From: Candidatus Hermodarchaeota archaeon | GTDB lineage: Archaea; Asgardarchaeota; Thorarchaeia; Thorarchaeales; Thorarchaeaceae | Direction: 5' to 3' | Assembly (NCBI GenBank): GCA_048885865.1 | Contig: JBHLLF010000002.1 | Location: 128,001-192,000 of the forward strand | DNA length: 64,000 nucleotides | In this document: positions 37,500 to 45,242 of the stretch, one piece after another | Numbering within the stretch: position 1 is the first letter of the stretch | Layout: each line of letters begins with the position of its first letter | Translations under genes and position numbers: made by a program | The notes under the pieces: model-generated | Told to the model about the DNA's origin: nothing | Databases searched by the model: none | Seen by the model: only the letters and a program-made list of their open reading frames with translations

Positions 37500-38300
37500 T
37501 TGAATGGGAAATATGGTCCAATTCTAGATGACTTCATGGAGGAAGCAATGCGGATTGAGAAAGCAGCTGCTGAAATGGACATTCCACTTCGCCTTATTGG
37601 CTGTCTTGCATTTAGGTTGAAGAGTCCGGAATATACAGACCTCCATATCAAGATGGGAAGAGAGGTCACGGATATTGACTTCATAAGCTACTACAAGCAT
37701 CAGAAGAAATTGCGGAATCTGTTCAGAGATGAACTAGGGTACCACTGGGTTCCTCCCGGATTTGCTCGTGCTAGCACATTGAGAGACCTCTTCATCGATG
37801 TTGAACGTGAACGCAAGGTAGATGTCTTCTACGATCACCTTGAATTTTGTCATAAGATTGATTTCAAGAAGAAAGACCGACTAGAGGTGGACCAACCCAC
37901 AATTCCATTGGCGGAGCTATTCCTAGAGAAGACGCAGATAGTCGAGATCAATGCCAAGGACTTGAAGGATCTAATCATTACTTTCCTTGCCCACGATGTA
38001 AGTACTCAAGATGATGACACTCAGGTCAATGGCAAGTACATAGCAAAGATGCTATCGGATGACTGGGGATTTTACTATACTGTGACGGAGAACCTCAAGA
38101 AGTTCTTCGACTTCGTACCCACCGTTCCGGAAATCACTGAGGAGCAAAAGGAGATAGTGTTGTCCAGAGCCAAGAAGCTTCATCAGATGATTGAGGAGGA
38201 ACCGAAATCAGGGTCTTGGAAGCGTCGAGCAAAGGTTGGTCCTAAGCAACGCTGGTATAAAGTAGTTCATTCAATGGAAGGAACTAGGAACGCAGACTAG
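37500..38300 (+). CDS. Nucleotidyltransferase-fold protein (copy B)
   Basis: LRLIGCLA, TDIDF, VDVFYD, LFLEKTQI..KD..D, WKRRAKVG...WY. Confidence 0.75.
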   Translation: MNGKYGPILDDFMEEAMRIEKAAAEMDIPLRLIGCLAFRLKSPEYTDLHIKMGREVTDIDFISYYKHQKKLRNLFRDELGYHWVPPGFARASTLRDLFIDVERERKVDVFYDHLEFCHKIDFKKKDRLEVDQPTIPLAELFLEKTQIVEINAKDLKDLIITFLAHDVSTQDDDTQVNGKYIAKMLSDDWGFYYTVTENLKKFFDFVPTVPEITEEQKEIVLSRAKKLHQMIEEEPKSGSWKRRAKVGPKQRWYKVVHSMEGTRNAD

Positions 38301-38342
38301 TTTCCGAACATTCCGCATAGGCAATCATTGGAGAGAGATGCA

Positions 38343-39461
38343 ATGGAACTAACAAAGCAGAATTCCTACGACATGCTAACAGGCGTGGGAATACTAGGGA
38401 CAGGCGGTGGAGGAGATCCTGTGACTTTTGGTAAGCCAATGGTCGATTGGGACTATGACCGAGGGCGTGTCTACGAGGTCACACCTCCAGCTGAGATCAA
38501 AGATGATGCATTCATTGTCTGTGGCGGTTACATGGGAAGCGTAAAGGCATTCACCTCCATAGGGGACATGCTTGAAGCCTGGGAGACCAGATATGAGCTC
38601 CATGAAGCAATGAAGATGTCCGAGAAAATCGCCGGCAAGAAGGTCGACCACCTTGTACCATTTGAGCTGGGCGGCACGAATACTACTGTCATGTTGTCGC
38701 TAGCCGCTAGAGCAGGGATAACCACCGTAGATGGGGATGGACTCGGCCGCTCTGCTCCAGAGAGCCAGATGATTTCGTTTGTTGGATATGGAATAGAGCT
38801 GTGCCCTATGCCACTTGTTACGAAGAATGGGAGCATAGTAGTCGTTGAGAAGTCTACGTCACCAGCTCTTGCTGATGAGATTGGCAGATTCGCAGTGGTT
38901 CAGGATGGTGGAGCTGGTGCTAACAACCACTACCATCAGACTGGCGCACAGTTGAAGAAATCCGTGATTCCAGACAGCATTTCGAAATCAATTGAGCTTG
39001 GTGAAGCTGTACGTGATGCAAACGAGAGCAAAAAGGATCCAATTGATGCATTCCTAGATACTATGGGCGGCCAGAGACTCATCAAGGGCAAGATTGAGGA
39101 AGTAAGAGGCGAGGATCGAGCAGGCCATTGGCAGGTAGTGGTGAGAATCAAGCCAGAGGACTTGAAGAGCAAATTCGAAGTTGTCGTGAAGAACGAGTAC
39201 ATGATGGCAATGAGCGATGGAAAACCGGTAGTAATGTTTCCTGATCTCATTTGCATACATTATCCTGACACCGGACATGGAGTCATGAGTGCTAACCTCA
39301 AAGAGGGTATGGAGGTGGTTGTTACAGCATCTCCTGCACATGAAAGGTTGAGATATGCTGGGAGTACAGAGATTGGTCGGAAGGCATTCCATCCTGAGCG
39401 CTATGGTCATCCTGAACTTGAGTACATACCCATGGAAGAAATCATCGGAAATCTCCGATAG
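38343..39461 (+). CDS. DUF917 family protein (copy 2)
   Basis: LGTGGGGD, PFELGGTN, VDGDGLGRSAPE, KNEY, FPDLI. Confidence 0.88.
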   Translation: MELTKQNSYDMLTGVGILGTGGGGDPVTFGKPMVDWDYDRGRVYEVTPPAEIKDDAFIVCGGYMGSVKAFTSIGDMLEAWETRYELHEAMKMSEKIAGKKVDHLVPFELGGTNTTVMLSLAARAGITTVDGDGLGRSAPESQMISFVGYGIELCPMPLVTKNGSIVVVEKSTSPALADEIGRFAVVQDGGAGANNHYHQTGAQLKKSVIPDSISKSIELGEAVRDANESKKDPIDAFLDTMGGQRLIKGKIEEVRGEDRAGHWQVVVRIKPEDLKSKFEVVVKNEYMMAMSDGKPVVMFPDLICIHYPDTGHGVMSANLKEGMEVVVTASPAHERLRYAGSTEIGRKAFHPERYGHPELEYIPMEEIIGNLR

Positions 39462-39509
39462 ATAATTTGAAAGGCGACCGACCTTGTCGGTTCTTACTGG
39501 TGTTGCATC

Positions 39510-40277
39510 ATGAAGCGGATTGCCCTTATCGGTGCTACCGGCATAGATTGGTGGATGGATGAGAAGAAGCGAGATTTCGTGAAGTTACATACTCCTATGG
39601 GGTATGAAATAGTAAACTATACTCCGAAATATGGCACACACAGTGTTGAATCGCATGTCGACGAAGCGTACAATGCGCCATTCATCTTGGAGCAAATATT
39701 GAAAGCAGAGAAGGACGGCTGTGATGCAATTGTCATCGATTGTGCTTGTGACCCCGTTCTTGATGCAGCTAGAGAAGTCTGTAGGGTACCTGTTGTTGCT
39801 CCACGAAACTCAGCCCTTCACGTTGCACTTACTCTAGGTACAAAATTCAGTATAATTACAGTTCAAGGCCAATCGCTTCTGAGATGCATGCAAGAAGGCG
39901 TTCGGAAAGAGGGTCTCGAGTCATTCTGCGCCAGTGTTCGGCATCTAACAATGCCAGTTCTAGACATTCCGAAGAACCCAAAAGATACACAGGAAGAACT
40001 CCTACGGACGTGCAAGACGGCTATAGAAGAGGATGGGGCAGATGTCATTGTCCTCGGATGCACGGCACTTTCTCATGAGGTTGACCTCGAGCCTATCATG
40101 AAGGAACTTGGCATTCCTATCTTGGACCCATGGGTGATAGCAATTCGAATGGCTCATACGCTGGCTGAAACTGGATTGACGCATAGCAAGATTGCCTATC
40201 CAAATCCTCCACGGAAGGGCATCACAGAAATCCCTGCGATCGAGGGTGTCTTTGATGACGTGCTAAAGTCTGATTGA
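39510..40277 (+). CDS. Asp/Glu/hydantoin racemase family protein
   Basis: DCACDP and LGCT two-cysteine motifs; GADVIVLG. Confidence 0.87.
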   Translation: MKRIALIGATGIDWWMDEKKRDFVKLHTPMGYEIVNYTPKYGTHSVESHVDEAYNAPFILEQILKAEKDGCDAIVIDCACDPVLDAAREVCRVPVVAPRNSALHVALTLGTKFSIITVQGQSLLRCMQEGVRKEGLESFCASVRHLTMPVLDIPKNPKDTQEELLRTCKTAIEEDGADVIVLGCTALSHEVDLEPIMKELGIPILDPWVIAIRMAHTLAETGLTHSKIAYPNPPRKGITEIPAIEGVFDDVLKSD

Positions 40278-40292
40278 GGAATATACATTTCA

Positions 40293-41534
40293 CTAAGTCT
40301 TGCTTCTTCTTAGTAGGACCATCATCATCAGCAAGATTACCACTGCCAGAAGTGCATACATGAGATACGGGAATGTGAGACCGAAGCCCGTCACCCAGCC
40401 TCCAACGATTGGACCGAGGAAGAGTCCCACACCGCCCATACTCTCGACTAGTCCAGCATGAGCTCCTTTCTCCAAATCCGTTGCTGAAACAACCAGATAC
40501 AAGGCTCCCAGATAGTTGAATCCCACCCCCAATCCGGAAAGCATCATTGCAATCGCAAACACCCAGATGTCTATGAATGAGAACAAAAGGAAGCCTGAAA
40601 TCGCAGACAGAATTGCTCCAAGAAGTATGACTGTCTTCATGTAGTCCCCAGGCATTCTGGCGATCGCAATGAAACCAGCAGTTCGAACAATGTTCCATAT
40701 CAGAAGCAGGTTTCCGAAATCTTCTGTAGCAAATGGATATCCTAGGAGAACGAGATTCTCAATGTAGGAAGGGAATAAGGCCAGAATTACAGTCGATACT
40801 ACACCCCATAGCATCACAGAGAGATATGACGCAATGAATATGGGTGACGCTTTGCTCGCCTTTTGCTCCCTAGTCGTGATTTGAGTCGCTGTATTCAAGT
40901 TCTCAGGCGTTTCTGGCTTTCTCTTGTACGCCTGAAGGAATAATGCGATAATTGCCAATGAGAATACCTCAATGGCTAGGATAACATAGATGCTCGAGAG
41001 GTCTCCATAGATACCAGCGAGATACGCAATAATCATCGGTGGGAGGATCATTGACGCACTCCATGCCGTTGAGAAATTGCCAAGAGTCGCTACCTGTGAT
41101 TCTGGTTCAAGTTCCGCGACCATTCCTTCAATGGTTGGAGCAATGAATCCAAAGACAAGGCCCTCCACCGTGCGTATCGCTATCAAATGAATAGTTTGAA
41201 TGAACGGAAGAAGATAGAGAAGAATGACCCCGACATAAGCTGCTGTGGAAACTAAAAGCGTCTTCTTTCTACCAACCCTATCTGAAAGACGACCACCAAT
41301 TGCAGGCGAAAACATATACACAAATCCAAACACACCGAAGGCGATTCCTGACTCTAAGGGGGTTCCTCCAAGTCGAAATACATACCACGATGCAAAGATC
41401 TCAGTCGTTCCCAATACGAACACAACGAGAAACGTCGTAATGTATCCAACAATCCGATTCTTCTTTCGAATTTCAGGGGTTAAGTCCGGCTCTCCATCTA
41501 CATCTAGGCAGAAGGGTTCACATGGTTCGTGCAT
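40293..41534 (-). CDS. MFS transporter
   Basis: Motif A GRLSDRVGRKK, 12 TM segments. Confidence 0.9.
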   Translation of the reverse strand: MHEPCEPFCLDVDGEPDLTPEIRKKNRIVGYITTFLVVFVLGTTEIFASWYVFRLGGTPLESGIAFGVFGFVYMFSPAIGGRLSDRVGRKKTLLVSTAAYVGVILLYLLPFIQTIHLIAIRTVEGLVFGFIAPTIEGMVAELEPESQVATLGNFSTAWSASMILPPMIIAYLAGIYGDLSSIYVILAIEVFSLAIIALFLQAYKRKPETPENLNTATQITTREQKASKASPIFIASYLSVMLWGVVSTVILALFPSYIENLVLLGYPFATEDFGNLLLIWNIVRTAGFIAIARMPGDYMKTVILLGAILSAISGFLLFSFIDIWVFAIAMMLSGLGVGFNYLGALYLVVSATDLEKGAHAGLVESMGGVGLFLGPIVGGWVTGFGLTFPYLMYALLAVVILLMMMVLLRRSKT

Positions 41535-41555
41535 ATTCTCACCGCATGCGTCTGA

Positions 41556-42569
41556 CTACTTGAGATGTGGAGCAATCTCTTTGCCAATCAGCTTCGCTGT
41601 TTCAATTGGATTGGTACCTGGAACTGGAAATGCCACAGGAGTATTGGCTCCGGCATCGATCATGTCTTGTATCTGTTTGATACATGATTCAACATCTCCT
41701 ACAACGCAAAGCTCTTGCAGCATCTTGTCAGTAATCAATTCTCCAAGCCCAGCATCGTCGCCTTTCTCTGCAGCCTCTCTAAAAGCAATTGTATCTTCAG
41801 GTCGGACTCCTGCATGCTCCATCAAAGGACCTCCTGCCTGAGAATGAGGCAAGTATAGCTTTGAAAACTCTCTGACGATGTTGTATGCGTTGTCCAAGTC
41901 ATCATCAACCACAACTGGAAGATATCCCACCATCTCGAAGTCATCCAAGGACTTCCCTGCTTCTTTAGCACCTGCTTCAACTCTTTCCCAGGCAAACTTT
42001 GTGTAGTTTGGAGTGCAGAAGATTGACATTATGGCTCCGTTTCCAATCTCCCCTGCAAGTTTCATTCCCTGCTTTCCCTCGAACGCAAGATAGATTGGAA
42101 CTTCTTTTCTAACAGGTTCAAAGATCAACTGCACAGCTTTGGTTTCGAAGAATTTCCCCTTGTGAGTAATGCTTTCTCCGGTCATTATCTTTCTGATGAC
42201 CTCGATACTCTCCTTGGTCCTCGAGATTGGCTTCTTATCCCAGAGTCCCATTTGATCCATCCAGAAAGGTACGCCTGACCCTAGACCAAAGATAGCACGT
42301 TTGTTGCACATCTCATCTATAGTCGCAAATTCCATTGCTGTTAACGCTGGGTGCCGAGAGTAGGGATTGACAACACCCAATCCAATTCGTATCTTCTCGG
42401 TTGCCATAGACCCTGCAGCCATGTATGGAATCCCGCCTCTGAAGAAGTAGTCTTCAGCGAACCAGACCGATCCTAATCCCGCAGCTTCTGTCGCTTTCGC
42501 CAGTTCAACACCTTCTTTCACTGGGAAAACACCTGTCATAGCCATTCCAAATTCCTTGTAACCTTTCAT
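41556..42569 (-). CDS. LLM-class F420-dependent oxidoreductase (Mer-like)
   Basis: WFAEDY, GLGVVNPYSRHP, GLGSG, PIYLA, LAGEI. Confidence 0.85.
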   Translation of the reverse strand: MKGYKEFGMAMTGVFPVKEGVELAKATEAAGLGSVWFAEDYFFRGGIPYMAAGSMATEKIRIGLGVVNPYSRHPALTAMEFATIDEMCNKRAIFGLGSGVPFWMDQMGLWDKKPISRTKESIEVIRKIMTGESITHKGKFFETKAVQLIFEPVRKEVPIYLAFEGKQGMKLAGEIGNGAIMSIFCTPNYTKFAWERVEAGAKEAGKSLDDFEMVGYLPVVVDDDLDNAYNIVREFSKLYLPHSQAGGPLMEHAGVRPEDTIAFREAAEKGDDAGLGELITDKMLQELCVVGDVESCIKQIQDMIDAGANTPVAFPVPGTNPIETAKLIGKEIAPHLK

Positions 42570-42589
42570 GACATCTCACCATTTCTTTC

Positions 42590-42621
42590 AAAACAAGAGA
42601 GAAGGGGGAAGAAATCCCCCT
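42590..42621 (-). terminator. Hairpin plus pyrimidine tract downstream of AOR
   Basis: Minus strand AGGGGGA-TTTCT-TCCCCCT followed by TCTCTCTTGTTTT. Confidence 0.5.
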
Positions 42622-42624
42622 GTT

Positions 42625-44544
42625 CTAGGGCAATTTGCCAATGCTCTCTAGATAGTCTGCTACATCCTTGAGACCAAGCTTCTCGTAGGTCTCTCTCTTG
42701 GGCCAACTTGTCTTGGGATCCCATTCGTGAAGCGCATAGTACCTGTCGAGCATGCCATCCAATTCCTCCTGGGAGTTCATCTCGCCCTTGAGTGGACCAC
42801 TAGCGGCTCCCTCATTCATTAACCTCCAGGGCAAATTGTCATGCTCCCTGGTGGCTCCACGTGTCACATTGAACGCCTTCTCAAGTGTCACGACTCTGCG
42901 GCCAGTGTACATCATCTCATCCTCAGTCAAGGAGATGCCTGTCGCTGCTTCATACAGACGCGCCATGTTATCGGGATTGACTCCAAAAGCGGCTGTAGAA
43001 GTGAATACACAGAATCCCAAAGCTTCCGTTATCTCATAGCAGTCTTCATGCCAGCGGACAATCTCGGCGCGAAAATCAGTGAAGTGAGGTGACGCCCACT
43101 TCTTGTCACCTGTCACCTTCTCAATGACTTCGACCGCCTCAGGGCTAGCTCCGAATTCTGCAAAGGTTTCAGTCATGAGATGGTCATTTCCTCGGGGGTT
43201 GACTGCAAAGGCTAATGCATATGCTTTCGCAGATCTTGTTTCGACATTGGACTGCTCAAGACCCTTGGAGTTCATGATGGCCCACTTATAGGAGTCGTGA
43301 CCAACCTTCTTGGTTGCTATCTTGAGACCATCTCCAAGGAGGTTCCCCAGCTTGCCTTTTCGCAAGGCCAATGCCTCGACCGTCTTTAGAGTTTCATCAA
43401 GCTTGCCCCAGTCAAGCTCAAGCCCATCTGTGTCTTCTTTCGTAAGAACTCCCCGCAGGTAGCTCTCAATAGCCCACTGGGAAACAGTGCCTGCTGTAAT
43501 AGTGTCTAATCCCAGACGGTTACACATCTCGTTGAGCAGAAGGACACCTTCAGTGTCAATGATTCCTGGACCGTTGCCAAGTGCTCCAAAGGTTTCATAT
43601 TCTGGACCACCGCTCGCGATTCCCTTGTTTGGTCCTTCGTCTATGACAGAGTACCGATGGCATCCTATAGTGCAGCCAAAGCAAGCTACGCGTCTTTTGA
43701 GATACCCTTTCTCAACCAAAGCTTGGCCAGTTATTGGATGGACATTTTCAGTATACCCAGTTTGCCAGTTCTTCCCTGGGAATGCATGCAGCTCGTTGAC
43801 AGCAGCTATCGAACCCGCTGTTCCGAAGTCATGAAGGCCAACTGCGCCGCTATCGTTACGAAGATTCTCTCTCATCTCTTCCGCAACATCAGCGAATTTC
43901 TTCGGATCTTTCACCCTTACTGGTTTGTTGCCTTTCACTGCAATGGCTTTCAACTTCTTTTTACCCATAACTGCAGCTCCGCCTCCACGGCCAGCAGCAT
44001 GGTATAGTGAGCACTGAATTGAAGATGCTCGAACAAGCTTTTCCCCAGCTGGGCCAATATACAGCGCCTTTGAGTCATTCCCATGCCACTTCTTCAGCAG
44101 AGTATCCGTTTCAATGATATCCTTGCCCCAGAGGTCCTTGGCATCTCTGATTTCCACGTCGTCATTATTGATCCAGATGTATGAGGGTTTATCCGCCACG
44201 CCATGAACAACTAGGTGGTCATAGCCTGCAAACTTCAGTTCCGAACCCCAGTGGCCTCCAGTGTTGCTCTTGAGATAGAGCCCAGTTGTGCAACCAACAG
44301 TGGTCACAGATGTTCGGCCTGAGCACGGAGCAGTTGTGCCGGTTACCGCGCCGGGGGCATAGATGATTATATTCCTTGGATCATCCCATGTGATCGCTGG
44401 ATCTTTACAGTAGTCCCAAAGGAGCTTGGCATTTATACCTCTTGAGCCGACGTACAGGCGTCTCCATTCCTCTGGAATGTCTTCTTTCCAAATCTTCCCA
44501 CTTGAAAGGTCAACATGTAGTATCTTTCCTTGATGCCCGTACAT
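42625..44544 (-). CDS. aor: Tungsten-dependent aldehyde:ferredoxin oxidoreductase family
   Basis: IGPAGEK, GRGGGAAVMGKKKLKAI, PEYET, GLDTI, YY...WD. Confidence 0.92.
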   Translation of the reverse strand: MYGHQGKILHVDLSSGKIWKEDIPEEWRRLYVGSRGINAKLLWDYCKDPAITWDDPRNIIIYAPGAVTGTTAPCSGRTSVTTVGCTTGLYLKSNTGGHWGSELKFAGYDHLVVHGVADKPSYIWINNDDVEIRDAKDLWGKDIIETDTLLKKWHGNDSKALYIGPAGEKLVRASSIQCSLYHAAGRGGGAAVMGKKKLKAIAVKGNKPVRVKDPKKFADVAEEMRENLRNDSGAVGLHDFGTAGSIAAVNELHAFPGKNWQTGYTENVHPITGQALVEKGYLKRRVACFGCTIGCHRYSVIDEGPNKGIASGGPEYETFGALGNGPGIIDTEGVLLLNEMCNRLGLDTITAGTVSQWAIESYLRGVLTKEDTDGLELDWGKLDETLKTVEALALRKGKLGNLLGDGLKIATKKVGHDSYKWAIMNSKGLEQSNVETRSAKAYALAFAVNPRGNDHLMTETFAEFGASPEAVEVIEKVTGDKKWASPHFTDFRAEIVRWHEDCYEITEALGFCVFTSTAAFGVNPDNMARLYEAATGISLTEDEMMYTGRRVVTLEKAFNVTRGATREHDNLPWRLMNEGAASGPLKGEMNSQEELDGMLDRYYALHEWDPKTSWPKRETYEKLGLKDVADYLESIGKLP

Positions 44545-44545
44545 T

Positions 44546-45037
44546 CTATGCAGCCTCCCTTTTCAACTCACGATACATGGCCATTCTAGCCGATCGTAGC
44601 TTCTTCTTCTGTTTCAACAAGTCATCTGTGGCACCCATCCACTGAATTGCACCGGGTACACAGTGCTTTGCACAATACGGATCGCCTCCACAAAGGTCAC
44701 AGATTATCGCCTTGTTATTCTCTGGATGCAGTCGAATTCCATGGTAAGGACAGGCTTCCACACATTTAGCCTGGCTCGTACATTTGCTATTATCAACAGT
44801 GATGATTCCCGTTTCATCATCTCTTGATAGTGCCTTTTCAGGACACGAATCAATACATGGATGTGCATCGCATTGTTCACACAAGAACTGAATGCCTAGC
44901 GCGATGTCCTCTTTCTTGTAGACTTTCACTCTCCCTCTATATGGGTCGAATAGGTCCTCCTTCGTCAAAGAACAAGCTAGAGAACACTGCTTGCAGCCAG
45001 TACATTTGTCCATATCGACTAATAGTAAATTGGCCAT
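44546..45037 (-). CDS. 4Fe-4S multicluster electron-transfer subunit
   Basis: CTGCKQCSLAC, CEQC...C...CP, CTSQAKCVEACP (one Cys replaced), CDLC...C...C. Confidence 0.9.
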   Translation of the reverse strand: MANLLLVDMDKCTGCKQCSLACSLTKEDLFDPYRGRVKVYKKEDIALGIQFLCEQCDAHPCIDSCPEKALSRDDETGIITVDNSKCTSQAKCVEACPYHGIRLHPENNKAIICDLCGGDPYCAKHCVPGAIQWMGATDDLLKQKKKLRSARMAMYRELKREAA

Positions 45038-45242
45038 TTTCCATCAGCGTCCATTTCGAATGTTAAATTGGTCCTATCACATTGAATCCACCATTTTAAT
45101 GCTGTCCTTCTCGTCCTGTTATACGATGCATATCGATTGACTTTAACAAATTATGAAATCTTAATCTTTCATTATCAATATCAAAATTCGAAAGACACAT
45201 CTTGCAGATTGTCTCTATCAAAGATACGTCTGAGGTTCAGAG

